64,000 nt of DNA from Macrostomum lignano (taxonomy: Eukaryota). Under the pieces are notes generated by a model. The model searched no databases. It was not told the origin of the DNA and saw only the letters and a program-made list of their open reading frames with translations. The translations under genes were made by a program, and so were the position numbers. The DNA is taken from positions 620,001-684,000 of the forward strand of contig NIVC01000412.1 in NCBI GenBank assembly GCA_002269645.1, in the 5' to 3' direction. Numbering within the stretch: the stretch's first letter is position 1; each line of letters begins with the position of its first letter. Below are positions 39,101 to 49,500 of this stretch, one piece after another.

Positions 39101-42100
39101 TCAATAGTATATAATGCCAACTTTTATGATTCATTATTGCCCCATTCTATTTTAAAATCCCAAAGCAGGTGGAGGGATTTTCGGCAGCACAAAATCAATT
39201 AGTTTCTGCTGCTAATTTTAATTAGCCCCCCTCCCCGCTAACGATTCAGGATGCCCTGCGGCAGGCCGAGAACCGGGCTACTCAGGCTGAGTCCGACAGG
39301 CGCGCCATCCAGTCCGAGTTGATGGCGCTTCGCTCTGAGCGCGCCAAATTCGAGGAAACTGCTCGCGCCGAAATTGACGGCGCCAAAGAAGAAGCAGCGC
39401 GCGCCAATGAAGAAGCAGCGCGCGCCAGGGAGGGCATCTCCGGCGATAAAGAGGAAGCTGCGCGCGCCCAAGCGGAACTCAATGGCGCCAAAGAGGAAGC
39501 GGCGCGCGCCCAAGCGGAACTCAATGGCGCCAAAGAGGAAGCGGCGCGCGCCCAAGCGGAACTCAATGGCGCCAAAGAGGAAGCTGCACGCGCCCAAGCG
39601 GAACTCAATGGCGCCAAAGAGGAAGCTGCGCGCGCCCAAGCAGAACTCAATGGCGCCAAAGAGGAAGCTGCGCGCGCCCAAGCGGAACTCAATGGCGCCA
39701 AAGAGGAAGCTGCGCGCGCCCAAGCGGAACTCAATGGCGCCAAAGAGGAAGCTGCGCGCGCCCAAGCGGAACTCAATGGCGCCAAAGAGGAAGCTGCGCG
39801 CGCCCAAGCAGAACTCAATGGCGCCAAAGAGGAAGCGGCGCGCGCCCAAGCGGAACTCAATGGCGCCAAAGAGGAAGCGGCGCGCGCCCAAGCGGAACTT
39901 AATGGCGCCAAAGAGGAAGCTGCGCGCGCCCAAGCAGAACTCAATGGCGCCAAGGAGGAGGCGGCGCGCGCCCAAGAGGAACTCAATGGCGCCAAAGAGG
40001 AAGCGGCGCGCGCCCAAGCGGAACTCAATGGCGCCAAAGAGGAAGCTGCGCGCGCCCAAGCGGAACTCAATGGCGCCCAGGAGGAAGCTGCGCGCGCCCA
40101 AGCGGAACTCAATGGCGCCAAGGAGGAGGCGGCGCGCGCCCAAGCGGAACTCAATGGCGCCAAAGAAGAGGCTGCGCGCGCCCAAGCGGAAACTGCGAGT
40201 CTTCGCGAGCAGCTGGAAGCGGCGCAGAGGTCGGCTGGGGAACGCGATTCGGCTGCTGCTCAGGAGATTGCCAAGCACAAATCTGCGCTGGAGTATTCTG
40301 AGTCTGTGCTCAAGAAACTGGAGAACTCGGTAGAAGAGGAAGAAGCAAAATGGCGCGAGGCGCTCAAATCTGCTGAGGCCGACTGCGAACAGTACAAATC
40401 CGCGCTGGCGGCCAAGGAGGCGGTGAGGCCTGTGGTGCCATTGGTTCCATTTTCACATATTCTCAAATTGAACAGTGAACACACTCAGATCCTCAAATTA
40501 AGCACCCTTAATTTGAGATGCTCAGATTAGGCACTTTTTAGTCCTGGGATTGAGCACTCTTTGGTCCTGAAATTGAGCACTCCATGCTCCTGAGATTGAG
40601 CACTCCGTGCTCCTGAGATTGAGCACTCCATGCTCCTGAGATTGAGCACTCCATGCTCCTGAGATTGAGCACTGTTTGGTCCTGAGATTGAGCACTGTTT
40701 GGTCCTGAGATTGAGCACTCCATGCTCCTGAGATTGAGCACTCTTTGGTCCTGAGATTGAGCACTCTTTGGTCCTGAGATTGAGCACTCCATGCTCCTGA
40801 GATTGAGCACTCCATGCTCCTGAGATTGAGCACTCCATGCTCCTGAGATTGAGCACTCTTTGGCCCTGAGATTGAGCACACTTTGGTCCTAAGATTGAGC
40901 ACTCCATGCTCCTGAGATTGAGCACTCTTTGGTCCTAAGATTGAGCACTCCATGCTCCTGAGATTGAGCACACTTTGGTCCTAAGATTGAGCACTCCATG
41001 CTCCTGAGATTGAGCACACTTTGGTCCTAAGATTGAGCACTCCATGCTCCTGAGATTGAGCACACTTTGGTCCTGAGATTGAGCACTCCATGCTCCTGAG
41101 ATTGAGCACCACTGTCACCCTCCCAGATCGCTAATCGGTGGCAATTTATTTGCAGATTGAACGAGAGCTGGCCGAATTGAAGAATCAGCTGCAGACTGTC
41201 AGTGCAGAGCGGGAGAAAGATGCCGAGGTTTGTGCTTTTGCTATTGAATTTTATCTGTTTATTCCTGCTTCATAGCGTGTTGCATTGTCGTTTTTATCTG
41301 ATTTTTTTCAAGATTCGAACTCGCATGGAAACTGAGCTGTCCGAGGAGCGGGCCAAGTCGCAGGGCTTGCTGGATCGCCTGCAACAGGTGCGGTTTGTGC
41401 TTGATCACTGCGTAACAGTAGGCGTCATTTAGTGCTCTAGCAGCGTGAATGGATCATTTGTGGTGTTGGCGATGACAGGGGTCTCACAGTCTGTGATCAG
41501 GGCAGTGGGCAGGTGACAGGGGTCTCACAGTCAGTGATCAGGGCAGTGGGCAGGTGACAGGGGTCTCACAGTCTGTGATCAGGGCAGTGGGCAGGTGACA
41601 GGGGTCTCACAGTCAGTGATCAGGGCAGGTAACAGGGGTCTCACAGTCAGTGATCAGGGCAGGTAACAGGGGTCTCACAGTCAGTGATCAGGGCAGGTGA
41701 CAGGGGTCTCACAGTCAGTGATCAGAGCAGGTGACAGGGGTCTCACAGTCAGTGATCAGGTCAGGTAACAGGGGTCTCACAGTCAGTGATCAGGGCAGTG
41801 GGCAGGTGACAGGGGTCTCACAGTCAGTGATCAGAGCAGGTGACAGGGGTCTCACAGTCAGTGATCAGGTCAGGTGACAGGGGTCTCACAGTCAGTGATC
41901 AGGGCAGGTAACAGGGGTCTCACAGTCAGTGATCAGGGCAGGTAACAGGGGTCTCACAGTCAGTGATCAGAGCAGGTGACAGGGGTCTCACAGTCAGTGA
42001 TCAGGGCAGGTGACAGGGGTCTCACAGTCAGTGATCAGGGCAGGTAACAGGGGTCTCACAGTCAGTGATCAGAGCAGGTGACAGGGGTCTCACAGTCAGT

Positions 42101-42617
42101 GATCAGGGCAGGTGACAGGGGTCTCACAGTCAGTGATCAGGGCAGGTAACAGGGGTCTCACAGTCAGCGATCAGGGCAGGTGACAGGGGTCTCAGAGGGG
42201 TTTTAGAGCATGAAAGCCCCAATTCCAACTGCCCCGAACTGCAGGCTGAAGGCGGGCAGCACGCCGCAGCTAACGGAGGCGCAAGCAATGAGTCAGGTGA
42301 GCCAGAAGGCCAGAAGATGAAGGAACAGCAGGAGCAGCAGAACTCTGCATCCGAAGAAGCGTTGCCAGTAAGCTGATGTTGTGCTGGGCCAGCAGCTCAA
42401 TATAAATTCAATATGACAGTTTATTTAAAGTATTGATTGGACGGACTTGCTTTATTTTATACTGACTGACATTGGATTTTTTCTGTAGTTCTCATTAGTA
42501 TATTACTATTAGTAGGCCACAAAAATTCTATTCTGTGTGTATTCGCGTTCGTGTGTTTTTTGTTTAGCTCCATATATTTAGGCCGCTTTTTGGCATATTC
42601 TTCCGCAGGCGTCCTAA
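33166..42617 (+). CDS. RRBP1(p180)/kinectin-like membrane-anchored coiled-coil protein; exons 33166-33802, 34106-34689, 35584-35952, 36881-37174, 39250-40422, 41156-41227, 41313-41387, 42245-42367, 42609-42617
   Basis: N-terminal TM helix (LALFGLVFTIVVGLAMFAVF), Lys-rich stretch, LDPEIIEV and PKPILLNKDE, then long heptad-rich exons. All junctions keep frame (phase 1, then 0). The family call is from architecture only and the last micro-exon is tentative. Confidence 0.7.
33831..34050. repeat. 32 bp minisatellite, ~7 copies, intron 1 of the coiled-coil gene
   Basis: Unit GTTGCTGAGATGCCATGGCTCATAATAGTGGA. Confidence 0.95.
34720..35500. repeat. Degenerate ~20 bp minisatellite with 76 bp higher-order unit, intron 2
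   Basis: TCTTCATGACTCACCTGGAG-like monomers; ACCTGAAATC recurs at 35041, 35117, 35193 and 35269. Confidence 0.85.
35963..36826. repeat. 22 bp minisatellite, ~39 copies, intron 3
   Basis: Unit ATATGGGTTCCCAT(C/G)CTGGTTG. Confidence 0.95.
37237..38740. repeat. 21 bp minisatellite, ~70 copies, intron 4
   Basis: Unit GGTGTCCATGATG(C/A)TGGAATA. Confidence 0.95.
39472..40185 (+). repeat. Coding tandem repeat, 17 x 42 bp (AELNGAKEEAARAQ)
   Basis: First unit at 39472, last at 40144, exact 42 bp period; variation mostly synonymous. Confidence 0.95.
40545..41109. repeat. 23 bp minisatellite, ~24 copies, intron 5
   Basis: Unit CTGAGATTGAGCACTCCATGCTC and variant CTGAGATTGAGCACTCTTTGGTC. Confidence 0.95.
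41473..42195. repeat. 34 bp minisatellite (some 40 bp variants), ~20 copies, intron 7
   Basis: Unit GTGACAGGGGTCTCACAGTCAGTGATCAGGGCAG. Confidence 0.95.
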
Positions 42618-43525
42618 TCTGTGTGCACTTCCTGATTCGATACACAGATGAGCATCTAAATTTATTTATCTATACCTAGCATCGTGTCATTATTATTATT
42701 TTCTATAATTAACAAGTTTGCAGCCAAATTTATAAGCTTTGTTTATTAATGAAACTGACGAGCCAGTAAGCAGTGCACAATGCACTCTTATAACCTCTGC
42801 TGGCGTCGCAAGGTATGACTGTCCGGCCCCCAGAGTCGCAAACAATAAAAACGCCTCAAATTGACTCGAAGACGCGCTTCTGGGACGTTTTCATCGTACT
42901 ACTGTTTGATGCCCTAGTTATAAGTAGTATAGTTTGCATGCGTAAGTTGAAAAATGAAAAAAAAACGAAATCTGCTTCATTTGACAAATGAACTTTCGCT
43001 TTTGAAATCTACCGAAGTTAATTCTGTCAGCTTTCCGCTTCTCTGATGATTAGGAGGCCATGATGTGTGGTAAAATTTTATCATTAATTATTCATACTAT
43101 TATTAACAAGCTCGGTGCAGCAGGCCCGTCATTAAAACATTAAAAAAAGTTGGCTACTTTGCTGTGTCCCGGAACAAATTTTTTGGAAACAAATGGCTGC
43201 AATTCTCTGTCTTAATTGTTTTCTTATTTTACTAATAACTCAAACGGATTAAACAGAACAGACGCAAGAAGTCCAACCGCTTTACGAGTAAAGGTAAAAA
43301 ACCAGAGACACTTGTTGGTGATGGTGACCTGGTGAATAGCTGTTATCATTAAATGTCAACGTTGGAGTAACTTTATCCGGTTTTATGGAGTCATTAATTC
43401 GTAATCGTACTGCTTTTATCAATTATTGCTCGGTGTATTGTGGCATCTGTAGCTTACTTGAAAAGTTTTGGCCCAATCAAAACAGCACTAAACCTTTGTC
43501 TGGTGACCTGTAAGTTGGTGATCGT

Positions 43526-45354
43526 CAGTTGCTGGGCCAGCCTCCCAGATCCTCAGTTGCTGGGCCAGCCTCCCAGATCCTCAGTTGCTGGGCCAGCCTC
43601 CCAGATCCTCAGTTGCTGGGCCAGCCTCCCAGATCCTCAGTTGCTGGGCCAGCCTCCCAGATCCCCAGTTGCTGGGCCAGCCTCCCAGATCCTCAGTTGC
43701 TGGGCCAGCCTCCCAAATCCTCAGTTGCTAGGCCAGCCTCCCAAATCCTCAGTTGCTGGGCCAGCCTCCCAGATCCTCAGTTGCTGGGCCAGCCTCCCAG
43801 ATCCCCAGTTGCTGGGCCAGCCTCCCAGATCCTCAGTTGCTGGGCCAGCCTCCCAAATCCTCAGTTGCTAGGCCAGCCTCCCAAATCCTCAGTTGCTGGG
43901 CCAGCCTCCCAGATCCCCAGTTGCTGGGCCAGCCTCCCAGATCCTCAGTTGCTGGGCCAGCCTCCCAAATCCTCAGTTGCTAGGCCAGCCTCCCAAATCC
44001 TCAGTTGCTGGGCCAGCCTCCCAGATCCTCAGTTGCTGGGCCAGCCTCCCAGATCCCCAGTTGCTGGGCCAGCCTCCCAGATCCTCAGTTGCTGGGCCAG
44101 CCTCCCAGGTCCTCAGTTGCTAGGCCAGCCTCCCAAATCCTCAGTTGCTGGGCCAGCCTCCCAGATCCCTCAGTTGCTGGGCCAGCCTCCCAGATCCTCA
44201 GTTGCTGGGCCAGCCTCCCAGATCCCCAGTTGCTGGGCCAGCCTCCCAGATCCTCAGTTGCTGGGCCAGCCTCCCAAATCCTCAGTTGCTAGGCCAGCCT
44301 CCCAAATCCTCAGTTGCTGGGCCAGCCTCCCAGATTCCTCAGTTGCTGGGCCAGCCTCCCAAATCCTCAGTTGCTAGGCCAGCCTCCCAAATCCTCAGTT
44401 GCTGGGCCAGCCTCCCAGATCCTCAGTTTTTGGGCCAGCCTCCCAGATCCCCAGTTGCTGGGCCAGCCTCCCAGATCCTCAGTTGCTGGGCCAGCCTCCC
44501 AGATCCTCAGTTGCTGGGCCAGCCTCCCAGATCCCCAGTTGCTGGGCCAGCCTCCCAGATCCTCAGTTGCTGGGCCAGCCTCCCAAATCCTTAGTTGCTG
44601 TGCCAGCCTCCCAAATCCTTAGTTGCTGGGCCAGCCTCCCAAATCCTTAGTTGCTGGGCCAGCCTCCCAAATCCTTAGTTGCTGGGCCAGCCTCCCAAAT
44701 CCTTAGTTGCTGGGCCAGCCTCCCAAATCCTTAGTTGCTGGGCCAGCCTCCCAAATCCTTAGTTGCTGGGCCAGCCTCCCAGATCCTCAGTTGCTAGGCC
44801 AGCCTCCAAGATCCCTCAGTTGCTGGGCCAGCCTCCCAGATCCTCAGTTGCTGGCCAGCCTCTCAGATCCTCTGTTGCTGGGCCAGCCTCCCAAATCCTT
44901 AGTTGCTGGGCCAGCCTCCCAGATCCTCAGTTGCTGGGCCAGCCTCCCAGATCTTCAGTTGCTGGGCCAGCCTCCCAAATCCTTAGTTGCTGGGCCAGCC
45001 TCCCAAATCCTTAGTTGCTGGGCCAGCCTCCCAAATCCTCAGTTGCTGGGCCAGCCTCCAAGATCCTCAGTTGCTGGGCCAGCCTCCCAGATCCTCAGTT
45101 GCTGGGCCAGCCTCCCAGATCCTCAGTTGCTGGGCCAGCCTCCCAGATCCTCAGTTGCTGGGCCAGCCTCCCAGATCCTCAGTTGCTGGGCCAGCCTCCC
45201 AGATCCCCAGTTGCTGGGCCAGCCTCCCAAATCCTTAGTTGCTGGGCCAGCCTCCCAAATCCTCAGTTGCTGGGCCAGCCTCCCAAATCCTTAGTTGCTG
45301 GGCCAGCCTCCCAAATCCTTAGTTGCTGGGCCAGCCTCCCAGATCCTCAGTTGC
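43526..45354. repeat. 28 bp minisatellite, ~65 copies
   Basis: Unit CAGTTGCTGGGCCAGCCTCCCAGATCCT. Confidence 0.96.
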
Positions 45355-46560
45355 CGAACCTTTCTATCATTGTGCTTATTTTCAGGTCTCTGCTGCACTT
45401 CACGCAAGTAAATAACAACGGGCTTCGAAGATACGTAAAGGTCAAAGGTCAGCAACTATTGTCTTGTGGAGTACATGAATTCTGTTACATACAGGTAACA
45501 ATAGTTATATTCAAATCGATAAATTCTAGCCAGTTTTGAGGGATCTTGTCACAAACATGCGCAGTATTAATGTTCCTTATAACTTGTGAAAACTTGACCA
45601 ACGGCATGTGATAGACATTAATTTTTTGCCATTGCTTTCAAGATAATGTGCGCGACAGGTTTGTTTGAACTCATACTTAAATGTTTTACATTATTTTGTT
45701 TTAATTTAATGCGCGCTTTTCAAATGAACAAAAATTTTTTTCGATTGAACATATTCAAAAAATCTTAAGCCGCTTTGGAGACTTTTAAATGTTGGAACAT
45801 TTAAAAATATAGATTGCAGGTAAAACCGAATGCAATGGTTTTGTGCTTCAACTAAAGATATTTGATGATTCAGTTTTTACTACTGCCGATTCGGCCTACT
45901 GAGTAGTGCTTCACGTTTTTTCTAATTAATATACATACAAATACAAAATGATCTTCTGATACAGTGGTGGAGCTGTTTTGAAGGTAGTTGAATGTAAATA
46001 AACATTCACAACAAATTCATCAACAAAAGTTCACAGAGATGCGGCAATTAAATCTTTGCAGAAATATGATGGCTAATGCTACATTTACAACACGCATCCA
46101 TGGGACAATCCATTCTCTGCACTGATTTTCAAAATCGAAAACTGGAAATCATTTTTCGGTGTAACGCAGCCGCAGGAGCGATTGCCTTGGGCTTGTCTTG
46201 CTGAGATTCACGTGAGCCAATCATAAGGCATCGTGTGTACATCATATGTACGTGCCTGACGGCGTGTGCGTGCTTCGGGTTCGACGTACATGTAACTGCA
46301 TGGCTCCTTGCTGGTGCCTTGATTGATCTGTTTATCTGTACACACAAGGCTTTTTGGCCCTTTCAAGGTACTAAGTTGAACCTTGAAGTACTCGTAGACG
46401 TAAAATCCTTAATGATTTTTTCCCAAACAGCTCCTGCGGCTTTCCGCTCAGACAAAGCAGGAAAATTAATTATTAATTTAAAGTTGAGTAGTTCAGTACT
46501 GTTACCGAAATACTTCAATAGTATTGATTAGAGAACAGTTGAGCGCACACCAGCCAGATG

Positions 46561-49500
46561 TCAGACGATATTCTCATCCGCGGCATTGTTGTTGCCGATG
46601 TTGGCCACCACAGCGGCGGCTGCTGCTGCTGCAGTCGAGCTGTTTGCATTCGTGTTGTTATTCGTCGCGTGTCGTCGCAAGTCGTGATGGCAGCAGGCCG
46701 CGGCGTCAAGCTTGGTGTCCTCCAGCTCCTGCAGGCGCTTGTGCCGATAGATGCTCCACAGTTCGCAGGCGAGGTCGCCTGCCACAATGTCACCGCAATT
46801 GGCGGAGACGAGTCGCAGGATGAACACCCCGTCAACGCGGAGATAGTTTTCCACGAATTTCCGGCTGGTGAGCCTGTCGGTGTCCTTCAGCGCGTTCATG
46901 ATCTTCAGGTATTTGCGCACGAAGCCGGTCCGCCGGCGGGCGAAAGCCATTCGGCAGAACCAGCTAACGAAGGACGACATTGTGATGACGCTCACCAGGG
47001 CCACCCAGAACCACAGAAACACGTAGATCTTCTCCAGGAACATGTTCAGCGGCAGCACGCACTGCAGGGTGTAGCTAGTGGAGTTCGGAATGCGGTTTGG
47101 GAGCCTGGTGAGTCTGGGTTCGTCATCTTTTCATTCTTAACTTGAAAGTCTACTGTCTCACTTAGGTTCTCCAACTCACTCTCATGTCCCTGTCACTCAC
47201 CCATGTCACTCTCACCCATGTCTTCCTCACCCATGTCACTCTCACCCATATCTTCCTCACCCATGTCACTCTCACCCATGTCACTATCACCCATGTCCCT
47301 CTCATCCATGTCACTGTCACCCGTGTCACTCTCACCCATGTCACTCTCACTCATGTCACTCTCACCCATGTCACTCTCACTTATATCACTCTCACCCATG
47401 TCTTCCTCACCCATGTCACTCTCACCCATGTCACTCTCACCCATGTCACTATCACCCATGTCCCTCTCATCCATGTCACTGTCACCCGTGTCACTCTCAC
47501 CCATGTCACTCTCACTCATGTCACTCTCACCCATGTCACTCTCACTTATATCACTCACCCATTTCACTGTCACCCATGTCCCTCTCATCCATGTCACTTT
47601 CACCCGTGTCACTCTCACTCATGTCACTCTCAACCATGTCTTCCTCATCCATGTCACTCACCCATGTCACTCTCACCCATGTCATTCTCATGCATGTCAC
47701 TCTCACTCATGTGACTCTCACCCATGTAACTCAACCCATGTCACTGTCACCCATGTCTTCCTCATCCATGTCACTCTCACCCATGTCACTCTCACCCATG
47801 TCACTCTCACCCATGTCCTTCTCACCCATGTCACTCTCACCCATGTCACTCTCTCATATGTCTCTCTCACCCGTGTCACTGTCACCCATGTCACTCTCAG
47901 CCATGTCACTCTCAACCATGTCACTTTCACCCATGTCCTTCTCATCCATGTCACTCTCACCCGTGTCACTCTCACCCATGTCACTCTCAGCCATGTCACT
48001 CTCAACCATGTCACTTTCACCCATGTCCTTCTCATCCATGTCACTCTCAACCATGTCTTCCTCATCCATGTCACTCACCCATGTCACTCTCACCCTTGTC
48101 ATTCTCATACATGTCACTCTCACTCATGTGACTCTCACCCATGTCACTCACCCATATTGTTGCTGTCACCCATTTTTTCCTCATCCATGTCACTCTCACC
48201 CATGTCACTCTCAACCATGTCACTTTCACCCATGTCACTTTCATCCATGTCACTCTCACCCATGTCTCTCTCACCCATGTCACTCTCACCCATGTCACTC
48301 TCACCCATGTCACTCTCACCCATGTCACTCTCACCCATGTCACTTTCACCCATGTCACTCTCACCCATGTCACTTTCATCCATGTCACTCTCACCCATGT
48401 CACTCTCACTCATGTCACTTTCACCCATGTCACTCTCACCCATGTCACTGTCACCCGTGTCACTCTCATCCATGTCACTCTCACCCATGTCACTTTCACC
48501 CATGTCACTCTCACCCATGTCACTTTCACCCATGTCACTCTCACCCATGTCACTGTCACCCGTGTCACTCTCACCCATGTCACTCTCACTCATGTCACTT
48601 TCACCCATGTCACTCTCACCCATGTCACTCTCACCCATGTCACTCTCTCAACCATTTCACTTTCATTAATCTCACTCTCACATCTCAATGTCGCTCAATG
48701 TTATCTTAATCTCATCATCTCAGTCTTCCTCATGTCATTTTTCACCGGCATATTCTCATTAATTTAACTCTGCTTTCGTATTGTCTCAGCCACCCGCTCA
48801 CAGTGAGTCGGCTGTTTATTGTTTAGCCACTCGAAAATGCAAAATATGCATCAGTGGAGATATTCTATTCGCTACGAAAACAAGCCGGCAGACACTGCAA
48901 TTCTGAATAGCGATTAGAGCAGATAGAGTATGCTAAGACGGCCGGTCTGGGCTGAAACAGCAGGCATCGATTGATGTACTTTCTGGACATCAGTTTATGC
49001 ACTTGCAAGGGCAGCCGCCTCTTGTTGCCGTTTGGTGAGTAGGGGGCAGCCATGCGTAAGCAGAGTGGACAAGAAGTGTCTCTAAGTGGGGGGGGGGTGG
49101 GATTCCGGGGAGCAGGAGGGATGAAGTTGCCAGCCTGGGGCAGGGGGGACATAATTTGGAGAATCGCCCGACTTGAGAAGAGAGCTTCGTAGACTTGCAA
49201 ATTTTATGAGATCGGCAAGCATGCTTGGACTTCAATGCTAACCAAGTTTGCGACTGCAGCTGTGATGGGGTAATGGGGATGAGATTGGGAGACGAGTTGG
49301 ATGGCTAGATGTCAGACTAGATGGGAGAGGAGCTACCGGAGCTAGATTAGATGGGAGATATGATTTGAGGAGGGGACTATATTAGATGGGAGATGAGATT
49401 TGAGGAGGTAACTAGATTAGATGGGAGATGAGATTTGAGGAGGTAACTAGATTAGATGGGAGATGAGATTTGAGGAGGTAACTAGATTAGATGGGAGATG

